A stretch of 64,000 nt of DNA from an uncultured Acidobacteriota bacterium. Lineage in GTDB: Bacteria > Acidobacteriota > Vicinamibacteria > Vicinamibacterales > UBA823. Both the position numbers and the translations under genes were made by a program. The notes under the pieces were generated by a model. It was not told the origin of the DNA. It ran no database searches and saw only the letters and a list, made by a program, of their open reading frames with translations. Below are positions 56,067 to 63,893 of this stretch, piece after piece (position 1 is the first letter of the stretch; every line of letters starts with the position of its first letter). The stretch lies in contig CAJXDY010000003.1 of the NCBI GenBank assembly GCA_913052135.1, positions 19,004 to 83,003 on the forward strand, in the 5' to 3' direction.

Positions 56067-57431
56067 TTAGATTGCATCACTGACACTCGCAAGGTTGAAG
56101 TTGCGCACTTTCAGAGGTGGCACGATGATTGGCACGCCAACCGAACTGTTCTCACCGGCTGCCACGCGTACCGGCTCACCCAACATCTCAACGTTCTGTA
56201 ATAGCTCGACCAGCGATTGATTAAACCGAAAGTTATTCACTGGTCTACTGATTCGGCCGTCCTCAATCAGGAATGTGCCATCTCGCGTCAACCCGGTGTA
56301 CGAAATCGTCCGGGGGTTCAGGCCTCGGATGTACCAGAAACGCGTGATGAGCACCCCACGACGAGTTGATGCAATCATCGCTTCAATCGAATCCGACCCT
56401 CCCGACATTAGCAGGTTCGCTGGTGCAGGTCGTGGTGCAACCCCCTGCTTGTTAGCCCAGAACCGCGAGTATGAGAGATTGCGTAATATTCCATTTTCAA
56501 TCCAGGGTTCCGCTGCCTGCCTTGCGCCTTCGCCATCGAAAGGCGCTGTTTCGGCATCCGGCGAAGCCGGATCACTGTGGATTGTGATCCGCGGATCAAA
56601 GATTTCATCTCCCACCCGTGTTCCACCACTGGGCGAAGAAAAGTATGAGCGCCCTTCGTCGGCTGCACGTCCATCGAAGGTTCTGCGCATACGGAGCATC
56701 AGCATACCGACGGCAGTCGGTTCGAGCACAACGTCGTAATGGCCTGGATCCAAGGAGGTCTTATCGCGCCATGCGTCACATTTGCGCACGGCATCAGTTG
56801 CAATCCGAGCCGTTTCGATCTGGTTCCAGTCAGCTGCTTCGTCACCTGCCCAACCGGATGTTGACCCGTCTGTTGACCGCACCGTCAAGGTTGAGGCCAC
56901 TCCAGTGCTTTTATGGTGTGCGAATAATCCTTCTGATGTCGCTATTGATTGCGAACCATTCTGGACGTCAATGAATCCTGAGGCGACATGTCCGGCACCA
57001 CGGGCTTGGTCGATTGCGAGGGCAGTGGCTGAAGCCATATCCTCGGCTAAGATGCCACCGGTTGTTTCGTAATAACCATTCACCTTGGGGTAATCCTGAG
57101 GTGTCAATTCGCCTAGGTATTCTGGGTTTTCTGGCGCGAGGCGTGCCAAGGCTTCTGAACGACGAACGGCCTCAGTCAGGGAGGGCTCGTCGAGCAGATT
57201 CGTCGTAACTGAGGCCACCCGCTGTCCGAAGGCACTCATAATCGTGACCGACACGTCTGAGCTTTCACCGGCTGTAGTGATGCGGTTATCCGCACTTCGA
57301 ATAAACGGCCGACTGCGAGCGTTGATCGTAACCCGTGTTGCGGTGGCTTGGGAGAGGCCTACGATACGCTCGGTAAGTGCCCGAGCATCCTCAGTCGAAA
57401 TACCTCCGCGACCTGCACTTGGTGCCTGCAT
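56067..57431 (-). CDS. TldD/PmbA-family metallopeptidase subunit (PmbA/TldE-like), no signal peptide
   Basis: The family C-terminal pattern is present (GTFLIEDG.I..PV.NFRFN.S..E.L, PPLKV..FN). ATG 57431 is preceded by AGGAGGG, which overlaps the TAG stop of the upstream TldD-like gene. The longer track ORF (to 57575) would overlap that gene by 131 nt. Confidence 0.7.
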   Translation of the reverse strand: MQAPSAGRGGISTEDARALTERIVGLSQATATRVTINARSRPFIRSADNRITTAGESSDVSVTIMSAFGQRVASVTTNLLDEPSLTEAVRRSEALARLAPENPEYLGELTPQDYPKVNGYYETTGGILAEDMASATALAIDQARGAGHVASGFIDVQNGSQSIATSEGLFAHHKSTGVASTLTVRSTDGSTSGWAGDEAADWNQIETARIATDAVRKCDAWRDKTSLDPGHYDVVLEPTAVGMLMLRMRRTFDGRAADEGRSYFSSPSGGTRVGDEIFDPRITIHSDPASPDAETAPFDGEGARQAAEPWIENGILRNLSYSRFWANKQGVAPRPAPANLLMSGGSDSIEAMIASTRRGVLITRFWYIRGLNPRTISYTGLTRDGTFLIEDGRISRPVNNFRFNQSLVELLQNVEMLGEPVRVAAGENSSVGVPIIVPPLKVRNFNLASVSDAI

Positions 57432-57444
57432 ACCGATAACCCTC

Positions 57445-59106
57445 CTACGCCGTGTTGATGATGGTCGTATTGCGGAACAGTGCTGTGGGACAACCATGAG
57501 AGACAGCGTTAGCCTGACCCGGTTGTCCCTTCGCATCACCGAATGTCGCACCCAGCCAGTACGTGTCTGGTCCACCCAATACGGCCAGCGAATTCCAAAA
57601 ATCTGGTGTCCGGATTACATAGGCGACATCCCGCAACATCTGGTGCTTTCTGCCGTTGCGGATTTCCCAGAATAGCTGTCCACCGAACTGTGCGTTATAA
57701 CGCTGTTGATCAATGGAATACGAACCGTCGCCTTCAATGTAGATACCTCGTTCGGTTTGAGCGATGACGTCTTCCTCGCTGAGTGGTGCCTCTCCTGGCA
57801 TGAGGCTCACGTTTGGCATCCGCTGGAAGGGGATACTGGACCAATTTTGACCATAGGCGCAGCCTTGACTCCTCGTCATGTTGGTGTACGGCGCGATCCA
57901 AGCGGCCTGCTCCCGGGTTGTCTGGTAGTTCACAAAAGTTCCGTTCTTGATGATGGGCCATTCGAATGCAGGAACCGCTTCATCATCCCAACCGCACGTC
58001 GCACATCCGCCGACTTCGGTTCGGTTGCCCATAAAAGTCATGAATTCTGGTCCGAGGCGGGTCGTATTGAGGACGTCTTCTGGTGGTGCCAGAAATGAGG
58101 TGCCTGCGTAGTTCGCTTCGTAGCCGAGAGCCCGATCCAGTTCAGTTGGATGCCCAATGGATTCGTGGATCGTCAGCCAGAGGTTCGATGGGTGGAGCAC
58201 CAAATCCCAGGTGCCAGGCTCCACGGAACGCGCAGACAGCTTCATCGCGGCCTCTTCCGCCCAACGTTCAGCTTGATTGGATAGATCGAGATCAGTGATG
58301 TATTCCCACCCACGTGCTGCTGCGGCGATGTCGCCAGCGCGACTTTGAAAATCTGATCGATCCGATGACACTGCCGTCACTGTCAAGCCAGGATTCTGGC
58401 GTATAAAGGTCTGTTGTACCACTGAATTTTCCGTGGTTGCCACCAGACGGCGCTCTTTAACTGCCATCAGGTTGCCAGAAACAAACTGAACATTCTTGAC
58501 CTTGAGCGCTGCGCGACTAGCGGCAAACAGCACATCAGCTTTTTCCTCAAGCGACACATCGAACGGGTCAATCGTGTGAGGTGTATCCCACTGCGCGTTG
58601 GGATACCTGTCGACGGGGGCCAGTTCGGTTTCCTGTGGCGCAATGCGGTCATTTGCTGTTGCAATCGCCGTTGCATTTTTCGCAGCGGTTGCGACCGCTT
58701 GGGAGGTCAGGTCACGTGTTCCGGTGAATCCCCACGAGCCTCCAACTCGTACGCGAATGCCGAGGCCATATGATTCCGTGAAATTGACGTCCGTAATTTG
58801 TTCTTCTCGTGTTCGCAGCGACTCGAACCAATGTCGTGATACACGGACATCGGCGTAGCTCGCACCGGCCTGCACAGCGGCATCCAACGCGAGGAACGCC
58901 AGTTCGCGTTCTGCCGGATCAGTGACATCTGGTGTATCACCTCCTGGGCTGCAGCCCCACTGGCCAGCGCTTAGTGTCAAGGTAGCGGCGGAAATGCCGA
59001 CAGCGCTTGATGTTCGGAGAAAGTCACGGCGTGTGGGCGTAATCGCGACACGCCGGTGGTTGATGGCGCGGGGGAGCAGTGGCTCACTCGATTTCTGGAA
59101 ACTCAT
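57445..59106 (-). CDS. TldD-like metallopeptidase with twin-arginine signal
   Basis: The N-terminus TPTRRDFLRTSSAVGISAATLTLSAG is a near-consensus S/T-R-R-x-F-L-K Tat motif plus a hydrophobic region. The TldD-family core includes HESIGHPTELDR (HExxxH-type metal site) and GIYIEGDGSYSID. Confidence 0.75.
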   Translation of the reverse strand: MSFQKSSEPLLPRAINHRRVAITPTRRDFLRTSSAVGISAATLTLSAGQWGCSPGGDTPDVTDPAERELAFLALDAAVQAGASYADVRVSRHWFESLRTREEQITDVNFTESYGLGIRVRVGGSWGFTGTRDLTSQAVATAAKNATAIATANDRIAPQETELAPVDRYPNAQWDTPHTIDPFDVSLEEKADVLFAASRAALKVKNVQFVSGNLMAVKERRLVATTENSVVQQTFIRQNPGLTVTAVSSDRSDFQSRAGDIAAAARGWEYITDLDLSNQAERWAEEAAMKLSARSVEPGTWDLVLHPSNLWLTIHESIGHPTELDRALGYEANYAGTSFLAPPEDVLNTTRLGPEFMTFMGNRTEVGGCATCGWDDEAVPAFEWPIIKNGTFVNYQTTREQAAWIAPYTNMTRSQGCAYGQNWSSIPFQRMPNVSLMPGEAPLSEEDVIAQTERGIYIEGDGSYSIDQQRYNAQFGGQLFWEIRNGRKHQMLRDVAYVIRTPDFWNSLAVLGGPDTYWLGATFGDAKGQPGQANAVSHGCPTALFRNTTIINTA

Positions 59107-59140
59107 GGTGATTCCTCATTATTAGGAGACCTGAACGAAC

Positions 59141-59166
59141 GGTGTCCAACCAGTTGGTTGGACACC
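59141..59166 (-). promoter_or_regulatory. Perfect 11-bp stem / 4-nt loop hairpin between the DsrE-like gene and the TldD-like gene
   Basis: GGTGTCCAACC-agtt-GGTTGGACACC at 59141-59166. There is no U-tract on either strand. It lies 38 nt after the stop at 59204 and 35 nt before ATG 59106. Confidence 0.5.
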
Positions 59167-59203
59167 GACCAGAGTGTCTTGCTTGATGTCGTCGACTCTT
59201 AAG

Positions 59204-59908
59204 TCACTGCTTGTTGTACGCAATACCAGCTTGTTGAGCTTGTTCAATGGCGATCACCATTGCTGGCACGATGGTCACTTCCGGCAGCAGGTTCGCTCGG
59301 AGCGCCGCATCGATATCAGCCGCCGCCCCTTTACCTCGCGCCTCAAGTTCTACCACCCATGAGTTCAAAGCGTTGTTGCACATAATAAACTTTGTGCCCA
59401 GATTCTGAAGGTTCTCAATCCCTACTAGGGGCATAGCACCCTCAAGCGCAGCGAAGTTTGGAGACTGCAACCCCTTTGCGAGTAGAACCGAATCGTCCGA
59501 GGTCGGGTGATTGAACACGTTTCTCGTGTATGGCTTGCCATCCGAGTCGTCCAAGCCCGCGTACTCACCCACGTTGTACCTAGACCAAATCTCGTCGTTA
59601 AATCCCAGGAAAATACTCGACGCTGGACCCCCGCCGTAAAAGGTTCCCACTGTGCCGACCTCCTCATTGCCCACTCCGTAGGCCGAGGCATAGGTATTGA
59701 TGTAGTTGAAAATGTGCACCAGTGGAAAGCCCAGCTTGTGGTTCGGAAAGTCAAAAAAGCACTTATGACTGCCTCCTACCTCACTGGTCCAGTCTTGTGT
59801 GGCGGCTGCAGCGGTATGGCCACCCGACCATGGAAGGCCAGCAGCAACGGCGGTCGCTGCTATTCGACCTAGAAAGCTTCGTCGGGGGGTGGCATTGCTA
59901 TCAATCAT
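59204..59908 (-). CDS. Tat-signal protein, possible DsrE/COG1416-like fold
   Basis: The N-terminus is TPRRSFLGRIAATAVAAGLP (Tat motif). The mature part resembles the DsrE-like pattern as I recall it (K.FFDF..., L.NLGTKFIMCNNAL, VTIVPAMVIAIEQAQQAGIAYNK). SD GGAGAA is 8 nt upstream of the ATG. The family call is tentative. Confidence 0.45.
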   Translation of the reverse strand: MIDSNATPRRSFLGRIAATAVAAGLPWSGGHTAAAATQDWTSEVGGSHKCFFDFPNHKLGFPLVHIFNYINTYASAYGVGNEEVGTVGTFYGGGPASSIFLGFNDEIWSRYNVGEYAGLDDSDGKPYTRNVFNHPTSDDSVLLAKGLQSPNFAALEGAMPLVGIENLQNLGTKFIMCNNALNSWVVELEARGKGAAADIDAALRANLLPEVTIVPAMVIAIEQAQQAGIAYNKQ

Positions 59909-60177
59909 TGATTTTCTCCGTATGAATGCGAGGGCGGTACGTTGGTCGTGCCCATAGTGTTTTGTAAATCCAGACTCCTCGGTGCTGACAATTTGAGGTG
60001 ATTATCATACAACCAGTTCAAATGGAGCGCACCGATGGGTTGTGAGCGTGGAATTGTAAATAATTTAAACAGTTTAATTCCAGCGGCAGTTGCGGGTTCC
60101 AACACGACCAGAGGGGCCTGTTCGGCCTTGTTTTTGACTGTATTTTGACCCATTTGAAGCATTTCTCCGTGCACCAA
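59905..60177 (-). CDS. Questionable small ORF (90 aa) overlapping the downstream start by ATGA
   Basis: Only weak support. The 4-nt ATGA overlap with the 59908 start suggests coupling. However, it has a TTG start, an AGGAGG that is 13 nt away (too far), and no recognisable motif. Confidence 0.2.
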   Translation of the reverse strand: MVHGEMLQMGQNTVKNKAEQAPLVVLEPATAAGIKLFKLFTIPRSQPIGALHLNWLYDNHLKLSAPRSLDLQNTMGTTNVPPSHSYGENQ

Positions 60178-60180
60178 TGT

Positions 60181-60205
60181 TAGGAGTTTGCCTCCTATTT
60201 TTTTA
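60181..60205 (+). terminator. Terminator-like hairpin plus T7 run just upstream of the 60222 promoter
   Basis: TAGGAG-tttgc-CTCCTA is followed by TTTTTTT. The stem is short (6 bp) and there is no upstream plus-strand gene to terminate. On the minus sense it contains AGGAGG. Confidence 0.3.
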
Positions 60206-60221
60206 GCAGTGAACTCATCGG

Positions 60222-60250
60222 TTGACTAGTGTAAAATTCTTGCATATAAA
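60222..60250 (+). promoter_or_regulatory. Sigma70-like promoter for the cytochrome c/Cu-monooxygenase gene
   Basis: TTGACT (60222-60227), an exactly 17-nt spacer, then TATAAA (60245-60250). ATG 60306 follows about 50 nt downstream with a GAAGGG SD. Confidence 0.55.
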
Positions 60251-60305
60251 AGTGCTTGAATTCTCAGAAGAATTCGTCCCGCCGTTAATTAAAGAAGGGC
60301 GTGTC

Positions 60306-61664
60306 ATGGCAAATGCACGATTTTTCAGTTGGCAGAGCTTGGTTGGGTGTGCGGTGTTGTTTGCGTTCTTAGGGGGCGCTCCAATGCTGGTGTCAGCGCA
60401 ATCAGTTGACGAAGCGGTGACCTTCACGAAAGACATTGCACCCATATTTCAAGAAAAGTGTGAAGCCTGTCATCGAGAGGGTTCGATGGCCCCGATGTCT
60501 CTTGTGAACTTCCGTGAGACACGACCATGGGCACGGAGTATTAAAGCTGCGGTGGCGGCCCGTGAGATGCCGCCATGGCATCTTGATAAGACGGTTGGCA
60601 TCCAAGAGTTCAAGAACGACCGCTCGTTGACCGACGATCAAATTAATACCATCGTCAGGTGGGTAGATTCAGGGGCTCCGATGGGAGACCCGGTGGACAT
60701 GCCTAATCCCATGACCTGGCCCGAAGGGGAGACTTGGAACTTCGAGGAGCTGTTCGGACCACCGAATTTAATTATTAAGTCTCCGGCTTACAAGATGGCT
60801 GCTCGAGCGCAGGATGCTTGGTATAAGCCTGTTGTCGAGACCGGTCTGACTGAGCCGCGTTGGGTTCGCGCGATCGAGATTAGACCGTCCACGCCCAAGG
60901 GTCGACGGATTATGCACCATGCTTTAGCGAGGCTTCAGCAGGAAGAGCCAGAGTTAGAAGAAACAGCAACTGATCCTGACGATGTCGGCCCCGGTCTCTT
61001 TATGGAGTGGGCCGTCGGGAAGCAGGGTGAGATTACGCGCCCAGATAGTGGCAAATTGATGCTGCCCGGTTCGAAAATAGTCTGGGATATTCACTATCAT
61101 GCGGTCGGCGAAGAGATCACGGATTCAGCCGAACTCGCAATTTACTTCCACCCGAAAGGGTACGAGCCGAAACATCGCCAAGTGTTGCACCTCATGCACG
61201 GTATTGAAGGGGGGAGTCGTGGCCTCGACATTCCACCGAATACCGTTTCGGTGCATCAGGGCTTTTTCCCACTGAAGAAGGCTGGTCGGGTAGAGAATTT
61301 TCAGCCGCATATGCACCTGCGGGGTAAAGCAATGTCGATGGAGGCTTTGCTGCCAACGGGTGAGCGCCGGATGTTGAGCCATGTCAATGATTATCAATTT
61401 GATTGGCACAACAACTATGTGTATGCGGATCATGTGGCACCGTTGCTGCCGAAAGGGACACTCCTTCGAATCACGGCGTGGCATGACAACACCTCCGCAA
61501 ATCGTGACAATCCTGATCCTAGTCAGTGGGTAGGTTGGGGCGACCGGACGGTGGACGAAATGGCACATGCGTGGGTAAACGTGACCTACATGAGTGACGA
61601 GGATCTTGAATCTGAGATTGCCCAGCGCGAAGCAAGTCGACTCGAGCTGACCGACGAGCAGTAA
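60306..61664 (+). CDS. Secreted cytochrome c domain fused to a PHM/DBM-type (type II copper) monooxygenase-like core
   Basis: Signal peptide MANARFFSWQSLVGCAVLFAFLGGAPMLVSAQ. The heme motif CEACH sits in DIAPIFQEKCEACHREGSMAPMSL (planctomycete cytochrome c-like). Four motifs parallel the PHM copper ligand motifs HHM, VHYG, HTHHLGK and DEMC: RRIMHHALA, WDIHYHAVG, QPHMHLRGKAMS and TVDEMAHAW. I chose ATG 60306 because the track start TTG 60222 lies inside a predicted -35 box. Confidence 0.7.
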   Translation: MANARFFSWQSLVGCAVLFAFLGGAPMLVSAQSVDEAVTFTKDIAPIFQEKCEACHREGSMAPMSLVNFRETRPWARSIKAAVAAREMPPWHLDKTVGIQEFKNDRSLTDDQINTIVRWVDSGAPMGDPVDMPNPMTWPEGETWNFEELFGPPNLIIKSPAYKMAARAQDAWYKPVVETGLTEPRWVRAIEIRPSTPKGRRIMHHALARLQQEEPELEETATDPDDVGPGLFMEWAVGKQGEITRPDSGKLMLPGSKIVWDIHYHAVGEEITDSAELAIYFHPKGYEPKHRQVLHLMHGIEGGSRGLDIPPNTVSVHQGFFPLKKAGRVENFQPHMHLRGKAMSMEALLPTGERRMLSHVNDYQFDWHNNYVYADHVAPLLPKGTLLRITAWHDNTSANRDNPDPSQWVGWGDRTVDEMAHAWVNVTYMSDEDLESEIAQREASRLELTDEQ

Positions 61665-61794
61665 CCGTAAGGGATTTTTCGCTGCATATTGTGGACTGTG
61701 CTAAAGAGCGTGTAGTGCGCTACACAATCGAAAAGCTCTTGGGAGCTACTGCGCGGCTCCGTGTTATTGCCTGGTAAGACCTAAGATTCGATTT

Positions 61795-62661
61795 ATGACC
61801 GCATTACGAATGTCTGCTGTGGGTCTTGGTATGACTGTCATCCTTGTGATGCTGTTGCTTGTCGCACCCCAGCAGGTGCTGTCGCAAGAGTTAGCACTGG
61901 CACCGATGCGGACATCAGGTCAGAGCGTGACGGCAGCGTATGAAGGTTGGTTCCGCCATTCCGATGGACAAATCAGTTTGCTGGTTGGGTACTTTAACCG
62001 TAACTCGGAGGAAGTACTTCATATACCCGTGGGACCGGATAACCGGATCGAGCCTGGTGGTCCAGACCGTGGTCAACCCACTCACTTTCTACCTCGGCGA
62101 GCCTGGGGCGTCTTTACTGTGACGTTGCCACCCGACTTTGGCGCCCAGCAGTTAACGTGGACCCTGGTGGCGAATGGGGAAACGACTCGGGTGCCGATGA
62201 GTCTGAAGACTGACTGGGAGGTCGACCCGTACCTCGAACCGGCGCAGGGAAATACCCCACCGATAGTGCGATTCGAACAAGGAGGACAGCCGCAACAAGG
62301 ACCACCAGTAGGTATCAGTGCTGAGTATGAAGCGACGGTGAAGGAGCCACTCGACCTCACAATCTGGGCGAGTGATGACGGACAAGTCGATCCAAATCGG
62401 CGAGCACTTGAAGGGGCGCCCGTGCGGATTCGCTGGGTCAAGCACCGCGGTGAGGGCGATGTCGTTTTCAGTAATTCTCGACCAGACACTGACGAAACAA
62501 CTGGTGAGACAATGACTAGCGTCACGTTTAGTGACGCTGGTGACTATGTCCTGCGTGTACAGGCCAATGACTCCTCAGGCCCTCGGGGTGGTTTCCAGTG
62601 CTGCTGGACCAATGCTCACGTGAGTGTTGTGGTTACGGATGCCGGGTCGACAAGTCCGTAA
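61795..62661 (+). CDS. Secreted hypothetical protein (beta-rich, Ig-like C-terminal region)
   Basis: Signal peptide MSAVGLGMTVILVMLLLVAPQQVLSQE. I recognise no catalytic motif. The C-terminal part (VTFSDAGDYVLRVQANDS...) resembles PKD/Ig-like repeats. Confidence 0.45.
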   Translation: MTALRMSAVGLGMTVILVMLLLVAPQQVLSQELALAPMRTSGQSVTAAYEGWFRHSDGQISLLVGYFNRNSEEVLHIPVGPDNRIEPGGPDRGQPTHFLPRRAWGVFTVTLPPDFGAQQLTWTLVANGETTRVPMSLKTDWEVDPYLEPAQGNTPPIVRFEQGGQPQQGPPVGISAEYEATVKEPLDLTIWASDDGQVDPNRRALEGAPVRIRWVKHRGEGDVVFSNSRPDTDETTGETMTSVTFSDAGDYVLRVQANDSSGPRGGFQCCWTNAHVSVVVTDAGSTSP

Positions 62662-62838
62662 GTCGACTGCTGAGAGGGGTAGCGTGAGGTGTTTTAAGGC
62701 CTTATGATACCTTGAGATTAAAGCTATTGTGATTTTTACAGTGTCTCATCTAAAATTGGTAGAGGGCATACTGATGGAAGTCAGGTGCCATGTTCATAAA
62801 ATTGTGTTTTCGTGGGGGTGAGTGTGACTACAAGGATA

Positions 62839-63807
62839 ATGCGCTGGGTCGTAGTACTACTAATTACGGTCGCAAGTTCGGCGATGGTTGGCGCGCAAGA
62901 GTACAAGGGCCGGGCTAAAGTCAAAGGTAAGGTCAAGAGTGCCGAGGGTGAGAACATCAAAGATCCCATGGTCAAGGCCGTGTTTCTCGAAACGGGCACT
63001 GGGCCAGAGACGAAAAAAGGTAAAGGGAACGGTAATTTTGAGATCAAGAATCTCAAGCCGGGAATGTGGAAGCTGACGATTGTGGCCCCGACAAGTCCAC
63101 CAGTAGGTTTCGGTGGCGTGTTTGTCGAGGTGGAAGTGATGCAGAACGGTATGGAAGACCTTCAGGTGACCCTTCCAACTCTCCAGGGGCAGCTCACCGC
63201 AGGCCAGGACCAGTTGAAAGCTGGAAATTATACCGATGCTCGGAATTCACTTCTCGGGTTACTGGCTGCGCTGCCAATGCAGTGGAATGTAAATCAGCTC
63301 ATCGCAACCGCGTACCAGGAAGAGGGGATGCACGAAGAGGCGCTGATGCATATTGATGCGTATTTAGCTGGCGTCGCGGCGGAGCAGGCTTCGGGTGCGG
63401 CCCTGCCGAATCCCCGGAACGAGACCAATGTCAGGATTCAGGCGCTAGATAGTGCGGCACAGATCGGTGACTATGAGCGGATGAATGCCTACCTGAATGC
63501 TATCGGTCCTCGAATGTTCGGCCGTCCCGTTGTTACAACGGTGATTGGTGTGGCTGTGAATACGCTAATCCCAGCTGAGAATTTTGACGAAGCCATTGCC
63601 CTCCTCAGTGTGGCGATAGAAAAGTCACCCACTTCAGCAGCGCCTTATTTCCGGCGTGGGATGGCCTACTGGAGGACAGAGCAGAATGATGCCGCGGTGG
63701 CCGACCTAGAAAAATTCGTTGGGATGTCTATGACCGAGAATGCGGAAGTGATACAGGCCAAGGACGTTCTAGAGGATTTGGCCCTAGCTGGTGGCGCTCA
63801 GCAGTAA
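62839..63807 (+). CDS. Secreted protein with CarboxypepD_reg-like N-terminal domain and TPR-like C-terminal repeats
   Basis: Signal MRWVVVLLITVASSAMVGAQE from ATG 62839. GKVKSAEGENIKDPMVKAV...GNFEIKNLKPGMWKLTI resembles the carboxypeptidase regulatory-like fold. The C-terminal helical repeats are TPR-like (AIALLSVAIEKSPTSAAPYFRRGMAYW). Confidence 0.6.
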   Translation: MRWVVVLLITVASSAMVGAQEYKGRAKVKGKVKSAEGENIKDPMVKAVFLETGTGPETKKGKGNGNFEIKNLKPGMWKLTIVAPTSPPVGFGGVFVEVEVMQNGMEDLQVTLPTLQGQLTAGQDQLKAGNYTDARNSLLGLLAALPMQWNVNQLIATAYQEEGMHEEALMHIDAYLAGVAAEQASGAALPNPRNETNVRIQALDSAAQIGDYERMNAYLNAIGPRMFGRPVVTTVIGVAVNTLIPAENFDEAIALLSVAIEKSPTSAAPYFRRGMAYWRTEQNDAAVADLEKFVGMSMTENAEVIQAKDVLEDLALAGGAQQ

Positions 63808-63840
63808 GGTCTGTTGTTAGAAACTTAATAATAGAGCTCG

Positions 63841-63893
63841 AATAATCCGGCCGAATGGCGCATCCGATGGATGGGTCACTCGGCCGGATTATT
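63841..63893 (+). terminator. Large inverted repeat / probable terminator after the TPR gene
   Basis: AATAATCCGGCCGA (63841-63854) pairs perfectly with TCGGCCGGATTATT (63880-63893). A nested hairpin CATCC-gat-GGATG lies in the loop. The GC core CCGGCCGA/TCGGCCGG is followed by ATTATTTA. Confidence 0.45.

Noticed and set aside
57432-57575. The longer PmbA-like ORF start at 57575, containing RRRRV, as a possible Tat signal.
   Set aside because: It would overlap tldD by 131 nt and no hydrophobic region follows the arginines. ATG 57431 has a perfect AGGAGGG SD.
59905-60177. The 90-aa ORF as a RiPP-like precursor for the TldD/PmbA peptidases.
   Set aside because: It has no Cys/Ser/Thr-rich core and no leader-like motif, its initiation signals are poor, and the peptidases appear to be exported. 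The ORF is kept only as a low-confidence feature.
60222-60305. The ORF-track start (TTG 60222) of the cytochrome c/Cu-monooxygenase gene.
   Set aside because: That TTG is the first base triplet of the predicted -35 hexamer TTGACT. The signal peptide begins at ATG 60306, which has an SD.
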